Notes: generated from the sequence alone by a model not told the origin. Counted from the first letter of the stretch, positions 1 to 9,574 are shown. The stretch: DNA of 64,000 nt from a virus (IMGVR_UViG_3300014039_000022:1-64000), one strand, 5' to 3'. A program made the numbers and translations.

Positions 1-126
1 CCACGTATGACCGAGATTAGTTTCGAGAGATGTGGAGTTGTAAAACCGATACAATACGTCCACGAGTTACAGCACGCTCTACGCTTGGTTGGACTGAATG
101 ATTTGGCGAAAAACCTTAAAGTTTAG
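1..126 (+). CDS. 3' end of hypothetical phage protein (partial)
   Basis: Frame 1 is open from the window start to TAG at 124-126 and ends ...IQYVHELQHALRLVGLNDLAKNLKV; YVHELQxxL is a common ending in Bacteroidetes phage proteins. Confidence 0.6.
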   Translation, partial: PRMTEISFERCGVVKPIQYVHELQHALRLVGLNDLAKNLKV

Positions 127-130
127 AGTT

Positions 131-502
131 GTGGAAAAATATGATTATATTGAGAATGTAAAGAATGACATCAAAACATATATCAAGGATAATGATATCG
201 ATGTCAATTCCGAAGATTTTGACGAGGAGGTGCTATGCGATGACTTGTGGTGCGAAGACTCTGTGACAGGCAACGCTTCAGGAAGTTACACATTCAGTTC
301 TTGGGAAGCAGAAGGATATATCTGCCATAATCTCGACTTGTTAAAGGAGTGCTTTGACGAATTAGGATATGACAAAGACAGAATGTTTAACGCTGAATAC
401 TGTGATGTGTCGATACGGTGTTACTTGCTGCCTACATGTATAGCCGAGGTTGTAGAGGAGTTAAAACATGAAGAAAATGGCAAGGATAAAGATTATAACT
501 AA
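131..502 (+). CDS. Small, highly acidic protein (possible Ocr-like DNA mimic)
   Basis: ORF 98..502, likely GTG start at 131 just after the upstream stop; very D/E rich; DDLW..DSVTGNASGSY motif. Confidence 0.55.
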   Translation: MEKYDYIENVKNDIKTYIKDNDIDVNSEDFDEEVLCDDLWCEDSVTGNASGSYTFSSWEAEGYICHNLDLLKECFDELGYDKDRMFNAEYCDVSIRCYLLPTCIAEVVEELKHEENGKDKDYN

Positions 503-659
503 ATCAAGGAAAGGTATTGATATTATAACGCGCACGGAAAACATCGAGATAAAAAATATGGATAATCTCGATGGTGAAGTGCGAGCGTATAATACAAAAT
601 ATTACGGTGAAGAACTCATCGAGTGTGGATTATACGATGACTTTAACATTAATTATTAA
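468..659 (+). CDS. Hypothetical protein
   Basis: 63-aa ORF tiled between co-oriented neighbours. Confidence 0.5.
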   Translation: MKKMARIKIITKSRKGIDIITRTENIEIKNMDNLDGEVRAYNTKYYGEELIECGLYDDFNINY

Positions 660-671
660 TTTATTCAAACA

Positions 672-1031
672 ATGGAGACAACAAAAACAAGAACAAGATG
701 GACTATAGAGGAGATGATGTGCCTCTACACTCTCATTCAGGAAAGGAATGGAAAAGGACTTGATGATTTTCTTGAAAGCCATCCGCACAGGACGAGAGAG
801 GCGGTAAGAAAACGTTACAACCTAATCAAGTCAGGAAAGATAAATGTTAATGAGCTTGATACAAACAAAACAGATGGCAATACCTTTACGTCACACACGA
901 CAGTAAATGTTACGTTACCTGACATGTCAGAGAAGAAACTCTTTGACATCGAGGATTATGAACCTTTCAGACCAAATGTATTTGTGAAGTTCTGGAGATT
1001 CATCAAAAGGATATTTGAACACGATGAATAG
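672..1031 (+). CDS. Myb/SANT-like HTH domain protein
   Basis: N-terminal RWTxEE...HPHRTREAVRKRY pattern typical of Myb-like repeats. Confidence 0.55.
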   Translation: METTKTRTRWTIEEMMCLYTLIQERNGKGLDDFLESHPHRTREAVRKRYNLIKSGKINVNELDTNKTDGNTFTSHTTVNVTLPDMSEKKLFDIEDYEPFRPNVFVKFWRFIKRIFEHDE

Positions 1032-2241
1032 ACAGGAGATTGAGGACGAGTCAATCAGATTGATGTCACTCCACAAAAACATGCTCTACACATGGGCTAC
1101 AGGCTGCGGCAAGACAAAACAGGCGATAAACAAGATATCGTCACTCAGTCAGGGGAAAGTGTTGATATGTACCGCAGAGGTGGCGCATATCAACAACTGG
1201 CGGAGAGAGTTCCAGAAGTGGGGTTTCAACAAGCCTTTGGTTGAGGTTGAGGTTATTTGCTACGCCTCCCTCAAGAAATACAAGAACACCTCTTGGGATG
1301 TGCTGGTGCTTGATGAGTGTCACCATATAGCGACAGACATAAGGGTTGACTGTCTTGAGACAATCAAGACGGATTCGGTGATAGCCTTGAGCGCCACCGT
1401 AAACAACGAGACAAGGTACGCCTTGAAGGAATTGTTTGGTGACTTCTATGAGTTCAACATAACATTGAGACAGGCTATAGACTGGGATATACTGCCAAAA
1501 CCTAGGATTAACGTTATACCTCTGCGCCTCAACCTTTCCGGTAACGACCAGACATATGTTGTCACCCGCGGAAACTCAAAGAAGCGCAGGAAGTTTATAT
1601 GTGAGTCTAAAGACAGGTGGGAGTATATCAAAAACAAGACTAAGTATCCAGACCTTGAGTTGACGGTCAAATGCAGCGAGTGGACTAAATACGCCTATCT
1701 GTGCGAGAGGTTTGAGTATCTCAAGAAGAGGTATATAGCCACCAAGAATGAAGCCGTCAAGAATATGTGGCTTCACTGCGGGAGCGAGCGCAAACGTTTC
1801 CTTGCCGAGCGCAAGACTAAATACGCCAAGACGGTTATAGATAGATTTCTTAAGGATTACCGCCACATAGTCTTCTGCGGGGATATCTTACAGGCCGACA
1901 CGCTTGGCGGAACCAACGCGATACACTCTAAGAAAGACACGCCGCAGTCGCTTATAGATGATTTCAACAAGGGAAAGACAAACTCCTTGTATGCTGTAGG
2001 TATGCTTTCAGAAGGTCAGAACCTGCCTGATATAGAGAAAGGCATGATTATACAGCTTGACGGCAACGAGAGGGGTTTCTGTCAAAAATTAGGGCGGGTT
2101 CTCCGTAGCGAGGAACCGGAGATATACATATTATATTTCAGGCAGACACGTGACGAGGAATACCTAAAGAAGGCCCTTGAGGGTATAGACAGGAAATACA
2201 TAAACGAAATGGATTACGATGAGATATGTGATAGACATTGA
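1015..2241 (+). CDS. Superfamily 2 (DExH) helicase
   Basis: Walker A ATGCGKT, DECH, SAT motif III, LSEGQNLP motif V, QKLGRVLR motif VI; start may be ATG 1024. Confidence 0.9.
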   Translation: MNTMNRQEIEDESIRLMSLHKNMLYTWATGCGKTKQAINKISSLSQGKVLICTAEVAHINNWRREFQKWGFNKPLVEVEVICYASLKKYKNTSWDVLVLDECHHIATDIRVDCLETIKTDSVIALSATVNNETRYALKELFGDFYEFNITLRQAIDWDILPKPRINVIPLRLNLSGNDQTYVVTRGNSKKRRKFICESKDRWEYIKNKTKYPDLELTVKCSEWTKYAYLCERFEYLKKRYIATKNEAVKNMWLHCGSERKRFLAERKTKYAKTVIDRFLKDYRHIVFCGDILQADTLGGTNAIHSKKDTPQSLIDDFNKGKTNSLYAVGMLSEGQNLPDIEKGMIIQLDGNERGFCQKLGRVLRSEEPEIYILYFRQTRDEEYLKKALEGIDRKYINEMDYDEICDRH

Positions 2242-2755
2242 TTTGGCGAACAACAGAAACTACACCGAGGCTGAAGTCCTCGGTGTTATGTTTTTGACGG
2301 CCTGTAAGAGAGGGTATCAGGAGGAGTTCCTCTCGATGCAGTCGAAAGGAATGCTCGACATGTTTGGCAACCCCTCGGCAAACGCTGTCGAAGACGTGCA
2401 GAACATACTTTTAGACGCCGACTCTTACATCCCCAAGGAGGAGCGTCTCGACAGGCTGTACGAGGCTATGCGTGAGTATTTTCCTCACGGCTACAAAATG
2501 GCTCCATACGCCTGGAGGGGAAACCGCAAGGATGTGACGCTCAAGTTGAAGAAGTTCTTCAAGATGTACGGTAACAAATATACCGACGAGCAGATACTTG
2601 ACGCCACACGGAGGTATGTCGAGTGCTTCAACGGGGACAACACGCACATGAGGATACTTAAATACTTCATACTCAAGGATAACGAGTCTGATTTGGCTAC
2701 GGTTCTTGAGAATAAGGATGACAATTTGACCAATTTATTCGCGGAGATAAGATGA
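2219..2755 (+). CDS. Crassvirus replication-module protein (possible replication initiator or helicase loader)
   Basis: 178 aa between SF2 helicase and DnaB; helical C-terminal LYEAMREYFP...ILDATRRYV...LKYFILK. Confidence 0.5.
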   Translation: MRYVIDIDLANNRNYTEAEVLGVMFLTACKRGYQEEFLSMQSKGMLDMFGNPSANAVEDVQNILLDADSYIPKEERLDRLYEAMREYFPHGYKMAPYAWRGNRKDVTLKLKKFFKMYGNKYTDEQILDATRRYVECFNGDNTHMRILKYFILKDNESDLATVLENKDDNLTNLFAEIR

Positions 2756-3147
2756 CATACACAAACCAATCAATCAAGGTGAGGATGGTTAGGGAATCAT
2801 ACTACCTTATCGGCGGCACCACAAAATGTGAGTTAAAGATAGAATTGAGGCTCACACCGTGCCAATACAGGGAATATATCGTCTCTGGACGGTCCAACTG
2901 TAAAGAAGATGACACCTACATCGAATCTGTTGGCAAGAAGATAGCCAAGGCGAGGGCTGTAAACAAGGCTTACAGGAAGGCTTACAGACATGCCGTTGAC
3001 TATCTAAAGAAGTGCATGATGTATAATGACGCGTACAATCGCTTTCATCACAAGGTGAGCGATGTCATTTACGGCAATCTTAGGTATATCGAGAGATTCA
3101 GGAATGATACAGAGGATACTAAAGAGTCTGAGGGACAGAAGGAATAA
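2752..3147 (+). CDS. Hypothetical phage protein (N4 gp49/Sf6 gp66-like motif)
   Basis: SNCKEDDTYIESVGKKIAKARA motif; ATGA overlap with upstream gene. Confidence 0.55.
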   Translation: MTYTNQSIKVRMVRESYYLIGGTTKCELKIELRLTPCQYREYIVSGRSNCKEDDTYIESVGKKIAKARAVNKAYRKAYRHAVDYLKKCMMYNDAYNRFHHKVSDVIYGNLRYIERFRNDTEDTKESEGQKE

Positions 3148-3752
3148 CATCCTCAGCGGTAACGTCAACTGCATACCATCACCTTTTGTTAGGTTCCGCA
3201 ATGACTTCCCCGGTATAGAGCAGGGCAGGTATTACCTCATATCGGCTTCTACCAAGGTCGGCAAGACACAACTTATGAACTATCTGTTCCTCTATAACTC
3301 CGTGTTGTACTCTTATTATCATCCGGACAAGGTGCATCTGCGCGTCCTGTATTATAACCTTGAGGAGACGCAGGAAGCCATAACACTCAGATTTATGTGC
3401 CACCTGTTGTATATACTCTCAGGCAAGACCATACGAAAAACACCTAACGACCTCAAGTCCGTGAGGGAGGACAAGGTTATAGACGAGAGTATTCTTGATA
3501 TGTTCGAGAAGGAGCCGTACAAGTCAATTCTTGAATATTTCGAGAATACTGTAACCTTTCTGGACGATAAGAACCCGTATGGTATCTATAAACAGTCCAA
3601 GAAGTACGCTGAGAATAATGGTGTGACATATACAAAGAAGTTGCAGGTGAAGAACAATAGCGGAGAGGTTGTTGACGAGAGGGATGTATTTGATTACTAT
3701 ATACCTTATGACCCCAAGGAGTACGTAATGATTGTGATAGATCATATCAGCT
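3104..3752 (+). CDS. dnaB: DnaB-like replicative helicase, exon 1
   Basis: Walker A ASTKVGKT, YNLEE, Walker B IVIDHIS; the frame is broken by the intron after T3752. Confidence 0.88.
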
Positions 3753-3831
3753 TAAAGATTAGGCGTCCCAGTTAGTGATTTCTGGGATTATTAACGAGCA
3801 AAATCGGTGAAGGCTAAATCTTTTATATTAC

Positions 3832-3862
3832 TTTGCAATCCCGATATATTTGACTAACTTTG
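3832..3862 (+). promoter_or_regulatory. Bacteroidetes sigma-A type promoter for the intron endonuclease
   Basis: TTTG(3832-3835)-N19-TAACTTTG(3855-3862) matches the -33/-7 consensus, 20 nt before ATG 3883. Confidence 0.65.
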
Positions 3863-3882
3863 GTCTATTAATAGATTATATT

Positions 3883-4767
3883 ATGTCAAATTTAATAAGA
3901 GGTTCAAGGAAGTTTGCTTTATTACTAAAGCAAGAGTATGATTCAGGTTTATCAATAGCTTATCTGGATAAAAAATATAATACTGATTGTTATTATCACT
4001 TCAAAAAGTTTAATATACCTAAAAGAACACACAAGGAAAACTTGTTGGTTAAAGAAAGGTTAAGAATTGGAAGGTATAAATTAAATTGGACTTGCGATTC
4101 CATAACGAATGAGACGGAAGCCTATATCATAGGTTTTATGCTTTCGGACGGTTGGAATGGCAAACAAGCTGGTTTTAGACTTAAAGAAGATGATAAGTAC
4201 ATGGTGGAAAGAATAAAAAACTATTTTTCTGAAGAAATACATCTTAAATCCGAAGGAAAATCATTTGGATTTGTAATATCTTCAAACATAGTGTGCAGAA
4301 ATCTTGAGAAATTAGGAGTTGTGCGAAATAAAACTTATAAGGAGTTATCAATACCTTGTATGCCACAAAATCTTTTAAGACATTTCATAAGGGGATATTT
4401 TGACGGAGACGGTTGCATTTTTGTATGTAATAATAAGAATAATAGATTTCTTAAAGGGAATATATGTTCTTCTACAATAAATATACTTAATGAAATACAA
4501 AAAATATTAGTGGATAATAATATCGAGTGCACAATAAATAAAGAGTTAAGAAAAGGTAAAATTATGAAAGTACCTAATGGAGAAGCTTTATGTAAGAATG
4601 ATATGTATAGATTGTTTTTCAGAAAGAAAGAAAGTATATTGAATCTATTCCATTATATGTATGATGATTCTAATATATATCTAAAAAGAAAATTCGATAA
4701 GTTTAATGATAATCTTGATATGCTAATATATAAAAGACATGCTAATACCGAGCTAACCGAATTGTAA
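3883..4767 (+). CDS. Intron-encoded LAGLIDADG homing endonuclease
   Basis: Two motifs, AYIIGFMLSDG and HFIRGYFDGDG; AT-rich; C-terminal YLKRK; lies inside the intron. Confidence 0.92.
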   Translation: MSNLIRGSRKFALLLKQEYDSGLSIAYLDKKYNTDCYYHFKKFNIPKRTHKENLLVKERLRIGRYKLNWTCDSITNETEAYIIGFMLSDGWNGKQAGFRLKEDDKYMVERIKNYFSEEIHLKSEGKSFGFVISSNIVCRNLEKLGVVRNKTYKELSIPCMPQNLLRHFIRGYFDGDGCIFVCNNKNNRFLKGNICSSTINILNEIQKILVDNNIECTINKELRKGKIMKVPNGEALCKNDMYRLFFRKKESILNLFHYMYDDSNIYLKRKFDKFNDNLDMLIYKRHANTELTEL

Positions 4768-4921
4768 CAATTTTCGGCAGTGTAACGCATAGCGGCTGAA
4801 ACTATAAATAGAATATAATGTCGCCACGAGTGTTCGTCATCCCAAGCGGATGAAAATATATGCTGAACTCTATGGAAATATAGAGAACTAAAGGATAAAA
4901 AACCTTTAGGATAACAAAATG

Positions 4922-5427
4922 TAATCTCTCCTGATGGTAAGCAAGATTTAAGGGAAGGTATAAACACTTTATCGAGTTATTTGATACAGCTTAGGAATAA
5001 ATACAACTATATACCAGTTGTAGTACAACAGCAATCAACTGAGATTAGCAATCTTGAAGCGTTTAAGGCAAATAAAATACGTCCTACAGTAGCTAGCCTC
5101 TCGGATAGTAAATACACGGGAAAGGACGCAAACGTAATGCTTGGATTATCAAACCCTTACGCTTTTGAGATGAACTCCTATGCAGGTTATGACCTCACGA
5201 GGCTGAAAGGTAACGCGAGATTCCTTGAGGTTGTAATCAACAGGGACGGGGAAAGCAACGGAATGATAGGTCTGTATTTTGACGGAGCCGTAAACTATTA
5301 CGAGGAGTTGCCTCCACCGCGCACACAGGAATACAATATCCTTGTGGAACGCGTGGTAAACAGGAGGAACGCCTTATTCTTATTGATTTCAAAAGTTAAA
5401 CATTTGATACACAAACAAAATGATTGA
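4922..5427 (+). CDS. dnaB: DnaB-like replicative helicase, exon 2
   Basis: PVVVQQQ, RPTVASLSDSK..DANVMLGL, INRDGE: DnaB C-terminal motifs H3/H4. Confidence 0.88.
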
Positions 5428-6220
5428 ATTACCAACAGAAAGGAAGAAAGTGGAAAACTATAACCCGAAACTAATGGTTTTATTTGGAGGTTATAAGTCG
5501 GGAAAGTCAACGCTGATGGCAAGCCTTGATAGTAACCTCATTATAGACCTTGAGGATGGCTACCGCGCATTAAGCGTCATGTGCGTTCAAGCAAGAACAG
5601 CAAGAGATATATTCGAGATAGCGAAATCAATCAAAGCTAAAATCGAAGAGACCGGTAAGTTTCCCTACAGATTCATCACCATTGATAACGCCACTCGTCT
5701 CGAAGAGGCAAGTTTAAGTTATGCCGCACAGTTATACAGAGCCACTTCGGTTGGACAAAATTGGGGGTATAAACTTGATGCTAACGGTAGAATCTATAAA
5801 GACCCAAAAACTAACAAACCAGTTCCTGACCCTAAAGCTGATGTTAGAATGCTTCCGCAAGGAGCCGGATGGATGTTTATCCGGAATGCTATACGCGCTA
5901 TGATTGATGTATTTAAGCCGTTATGTGACACCCTCATATTGGTATCTCATATAAAGGATAAACAGATTCAAAAGAACGGTCAGGAAATGACTGAATACTC
6001 CATGGCTTTGGCTGGAAAATCCGCTGATATTATCTGTGGTGAAGCTGATGCTGTTGGAATGGTATATCGTGATAAGAATAAAACATATATAACTTTCGAG
6101 GGTGGAGGAGATACTCTTCGAGAGGCAAGGCCTATACATCTTAGAGGTAAAAAGTTTGAAGTTGCCTCATCAGATGAGAACGGCAACCTTACAGTCGATA
6201 TGTCAAAGATATTCATATGA
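5420..6220 (+). CDS. AAA_24/Sak4-like P-loop ATPase
   Basis: GGYKSGKST Walker A, IDLEDG, ITIDN Walker B, ILVSH. Confidence 0.8.
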   Translation: MIELPTERKKVENYNPKLMVLFGGYKSGKSTLMASLDSNLIIDLEDGYRALSVMCVQARTARDIFEIAKSIKAKIEETGKFPYRFITIDNATRLEEASLSYAAQLYRATSVGQNWGYKLDANGRIYKDPKTNKPVPDPKADVRMLPQGAGWMFIRNAIRAMIDVFKPLCDTLILVSHIKDKQIQKNGQEMTEYSMALAGKSADIICGEADAVGMVYRDKNKTYITFEGGGDTLREARPIHLRGKKFEVASSDENGNLTVDMSKIFI

Positions 6221-6594
6221 TGATTACACATCAACTTAATAGAATCGAGCTTATCGGAACTATAGGAAACGTAAGGACTGCAAGAATAGGAATCGACAAT
6301 AAGCGAGTAGCCAATTTCAGCGTGTGTACATGCTTTACATATAAGGATTACGACGGAATCCCAATAGTTGAGACAACGTGGCATAACGTGACGGCTTTAG
6401 AAGGACGTAAAGACATTGATTTTAACGCCATATCGAAAGGATGTAAAATACATGTCATAGGAAGGCTTAAGATGGAGACGTATATCGATGAGGAAAATAT
6501 TGAGAAAGTATACTGCAAGGTTGTAGCCTCGACGGTAGAGGCTATACCTGAAAACGAATGCAACGACGGCTTTGCAGCCGAGGAAAAACAATAA
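6217..6594 (+). CDS. ssb: Single-stranded DNA-binding protein
   Basis: LNRIELIG...VANFSV...TTWHNV...KG..IHVIGRL OB-fold signature; acidic tail. Confidence 0.88.
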   Translation: MMITHQLNRIELIGTIGNVRTARIGIDNKRVANFSVCTCFTYKDYDGIPIVETTWHNVTALEGRKDIDFNAISKGCKIHVIGRLKMETYIDEENIEKVYCKVVASTVEAIPENECNDGFAAEEKQ

Positions 6595-6620
6595 CAAATC
6601 AATCAAACACAAAAAAAATC

Positions 6621-7013
6621 ATGATTAAGAAACTTACAAGGTTTGAAGTGGCCGACATCAAGGCTGTGGCGCAGAGGACTTCAGCGCTGAGAAGAAAAAG
6701 AGAGTCAGTCTATCACAAGATGCTCGCTCTTAATGAGGAGCTTGAAGGTCTTGACCACACAATCCAGCGTTGGGAGGAGCCAATCCTTGGAATTACCGAG
6801 GGTTTGTCTTCCGTAGACGCCCTAAAGAGAATCAAAGATTACGAGCTTGTAATAGACGAGCCTGAGAACCATACTGAAGCCGAAGCGGCGGAAGCCGCCC
6901 AAGTTGAGGCTCAACCGATTGAGACAGAAACACCTGACGACTATACCATACCGTATGCTGGTTTTGATGCAATCGCGGAAGTTGAGGGAAACAGTCATAA
7001 CCCTGCGGAGTAA
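6621..7013 (+). CDS. Hypothetical coiled-coil protein with acidic tail
   Basis: ATG 6621 after an A-rich leader; heptad-rich N-terminal half. Confidence 0.6.
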   Translation: MIKKLTRFEVADIKAVAQRTSALRRKRESVYHKMLALNEELEGLDHTIQRWEEPILGITEGLSSVDALKRIKDYELVIDEPENHTEAEAAEAAQVEAQPIETETPDDYTIPYAGFDAIAEVEGNSHNPAE

Positions 7014-7067
7014 TCCGGAAAATATGGCTACCTTTACAGTTAAACAATAAAAAAAAAGGAATACATT

Positions 7068-7976
7068 ATGGCTTTTAAACACGCTAACAACTCAGAGGAG
7101 ATTGTAAGAAGGCTTTACACCGGTGTGGGTGTCGCCAAGGTAATCGCTGTCAACCCGACAAAGGCGGAGATGGAATCAATCTACGGCACTTCGGTACAGA
7201 ACGAGCCTGTATACGCAGGAACGGCACGCACCGGAGAGAAACAGATGAGGGTGTCTTTCATTCTGTCTGTGAATGTCAACGAGGACAAGCCGATACTGAC
7301 TAACCTCACTTTCTTCCTTAACGACGCATTCATGAAAGGCTCAAACTCGGGGAAGTATCAGGTTATAGACAAGTACGGAAGAACCGCTTGGGCTACACAA
7401 GACGAGATTGACGCCAACAAGATACCTCAATACGCGAGCGGTCCGGCAAGGATAAACAAGGCTTACCGCAAGGTTTATTCCGGCGAGGCCAATCTTGAGC
7501 AGTTCATTCGTGCGCTTCTTTGTCTTGACGACGCTGAATACTACAACTCAAACACCTCTTCCTGGGTTACTCGCACAGGAAGCGAGCTTGACGCTTGCGA
7601 AGGAGTGCTTGAGGACGTGAAGGCTATCATCAACGGCAATATCCAGGAATTGAGGGATATCGTCAAGATGGCATCAAACAACGAGGTGAAGATTCTTCTC
7701 GGAGTGCGCAACAGCAATGACGGAAGACAGTATCAGGCTGTCTACACCGATTTGTTTGTGAAGAACAAATCCAAGATGGAGACGGCAATCAAACAATTCG
7801 AGAGAAGCCTTGACGACCGGGTAAGCAACGGAGGCTACAAGACGAGCGAGTTCGATGTCGCTCCCGTACACGAGTACAAGGTTGTGCCTACATCGTTTGC
7901 TACCGAGGAGTCCAAACCTGAGATTCCGGCGACAGACAGTAACGACGATATGCCGGAGGGGTTCCCGGAGTTTTAA
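7068..7976 (+). CDS. Crassvirus ssDNA-binding/annealing-type protein
   Basis: LYTGVG..KVIAVNPT N-terminus and acidic tail ending DDMPEGFPEF; directly upstream of the primase. Confidence 0.6.
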   Translation: MAFKHANNSEEIVRRLYTGVGVAKVIAVNPTKAEMESIYGTSVQNEPVYAGTARTGEKQMRVSFILSVNVNEDKPILTNLTFFLNDAFMKGSNSGKYQVIDKYGRTAWATQDEIDANKIPQYASGPARINKAYRKVYSGEANLEQFIRALLCLDDAEYYNSNTSSWVTRTGSELDACEGVLEDVKAIINGNIQELRDIVKMASNNEVKILLGVRNSNDGRQYQAVYTDLFVKNKSKMETAIKQFERSLDDRVSNGGYKTSEFDVAPVHEYKVVPTSFATEESKPEIPATDSNDDMPEGFPEF

Positions 7977-7986
7977 TTGAGTCAGA

Positions 7987-9000
7987 ATGGCTTTCAGGCG
8001 TTGCAACATAAGCGTCGGGCTGGATGAGTTGTTGGGCAGGACTACCGAGTTGGATATAACCGGATTCTACCTTAACATACACACCCTCCCGGCGCTTATT
8101 AACAGTCCTGTCAGACAGGACAGGAACGCCTCTGTAAGCGTTTTCTCCCCGGATGGCATAAAGGTGTTCTACAAAGACTTCGGCACAGGCGAGCATGGCA
8201 GCATATTCGACCTTTTGGGGAAGATGTGGAACCGTAGTTTCAACGAGGTTGTCTCAAAGATATGGAATGACTTAAACAGTGTCAATCCCGACTCAATCAG
8301 ACTCAACAAGACTCATAAGGGAGCAATCCGCAGAACCGACTCTGTATTGCAGGTCAGAACACGCCAATGGTTTGATTATGATATGGAGTATTGGAACTCA
8401 TACGGAATAACCAGAGAATGGCTTGAGTTTGGCGATGTGTACCCTATAAGCCATATCCTTATAACAAGAGACAATCACACAAAGGTTATACCCGCCGACA
8501 GACTCGCCTATGTTTATGTAGAGCGCAAGGATAACAAGGTATCACTTAAGGTATACCAGCCTGAGTCACAGAGACTCAAATGGTTGAGCAAACACGACTC
8601 CTCGGTTTGGGACTTGTGGTCCCGACTGCCAGAAGAGGGTGACACCTTGTTTATAACGTCTTCAAGAAAGGACGCGCTGTGCCTTTGGGAGAATACCGGG
8701 ATACCGTCTGTAAGCCTTCAAGGAGAGGGTTATATACCGAAGGAGAAGGTAATCAACCAGTTGAAGCGAAGATTCAAAAGGATAATCATATTCTTCGACA
8801 ACGATTTCGACAAGGAGGAAAACCACGGACATATATACGCGTCAAGACTATGCGGTATGTTCGACCTTGAAATGGTTGAGATTCCGTCGGAATACCAGTC
8901 GAAGGACCCTTCGGATTTATTCAAGAATAAAGGCTCCGAAACGTTCAGGAGGGTAATAAGGGAACTGTTAGTTAAACCAATCAAACAAAAGCAATCATGA
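7987..9000 (+). CDS. dnaG: DnaG-type primase (TOPRIM)
   Basis: SPVRQDRNAS, YKDFGTG, ITSSRKDALC, FFDND, KDPSD. Confidence 0.88.
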   Translation: MAFRRCNISVGLDELLGRTTELDITGFYLNIHTLPALINSPVRQDRNASVSVFSPDGIKVFYKDFGTGEHGSIFDLLGKMWNRSFNEVVSKIWNDLNSVNPDSIRLNKTHKGAIRRTDSVLQVRTRQWFDYDMEYWNSYGITREWLEFGDVYPISHILITRDNHTKVIPADRLAYVYVERKDNKVSLKVYQPESQRLKWLSKHDSSVWDLWSRLPEEGDTLFITSSRKDALCLWENTGIPSVSLQGEGYIPKEKVINQLKRRFKRIIIFFDNDFDKEENHGHIYASRLCGMFDLEMVEIPSEYQSKDPSDLFKNKGSETFRRVIRELLVKPIKQKQS

Positions 9001-9569
9001 AAAGAAACGTAATCGTGGTGTCCACAAACACCCAGTCAAGGAAGGATTTCAACGATGTTGAGGTGACAACGCTTGCGGATGTCAAGAGGCTTCTTGACGA
9101 AGCCGGGATAGACTATACCAATCAGGCTTTCTACGAGGGTGTCAGCAAGGCCGAGTATAAGTCAGACGACTCGATACTCCCGACAAACATGCCTTTCAAA
9201 GGAAGCGTAACCAATGACTTGGTCTTCCAGCTCTCCAACGCGAGCAAAAAAATCTCGTCAGGAGTTGTCGGCAAGGAGAGGCGGGAGTGCTTCGACTACA
9301 TAAAGAGCCACAACCTCTTCAAGGAGGTAAGGGACGCATATGGGCTTATTTATACCAGCGTGTCGACGGAAAACCTCAAGAATTTTATCGCCGACAGGAA
9401 GTTTAAGGAACTGTCTGACGCCAAGAGGCAAGCCGAGGAGTTCTCAAACGGATACCTTCTCAAGCAGGTCGTAGCAGCCCTTACAAAGATGGGCTACACC
9501 GTATGTAAGAGTAAAAACGCGGTTAGAAGTCTCTCAAAATCAGAGATAAGTGACATTCTTGACAGGTAG
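8997..9569 (+). CDS. Putative ubiquitin-like (beta-grasp) protein precursor with C-terminal extension
   Basis: Residues 1-89 show a beta-beta-alpha (TTLADVKRLL)-beta...beta pattern ending KKISSG (G89, nt 9261-9263); first gene before E2-, JAB- and E1-like genes. Confidence 0.6.
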   Translation: MKRNVIVVSTNTQSRKDFNDVEVTTLADVKRLLDEAGIDYTNQAFYEGVSKAEYKSDDSILPTNMPFKGSVTNDLVFQLSNASKKISSGVVGKERRECFDYIKSHNLFKEVRDAYGLIYTSVSTENLKNFIADRKFKELSDAKRQAEEFSNGYLLKQVVAALTKMGYTVCKSKNAVRSLSKSEISDILDR

Positions 9570-9574
9570 ACCTC

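Larger units (their letters stand above)
3753..4921 (+). mobile_element. Group I self-splicing intron in dnaB
   Basis: 5' exon ends in U3752 (U.G pair with G3762 in P1); terminal G4921; IGS AGATTA 3756-3761 pairs with 3' exon TAATCT 4922-4927 (P10); P3 ACGAGC/GTTCGT; P4 TCGGT/ACCGA; P7 GCATA 4787-4791/TATGC 4859-4863; P8 and P9 hairpins; splicing restores an in-frame 384-aa DnaB (DHISL-ISPDG). Confidence 0.93.

Noticed and set aside
3062-5427. DnaB as pseudogene, two genes or intein-containing protein
   Set aside because: Frames differ and stops intervene, so it is not an intein; full group I intron structure restores the frame.
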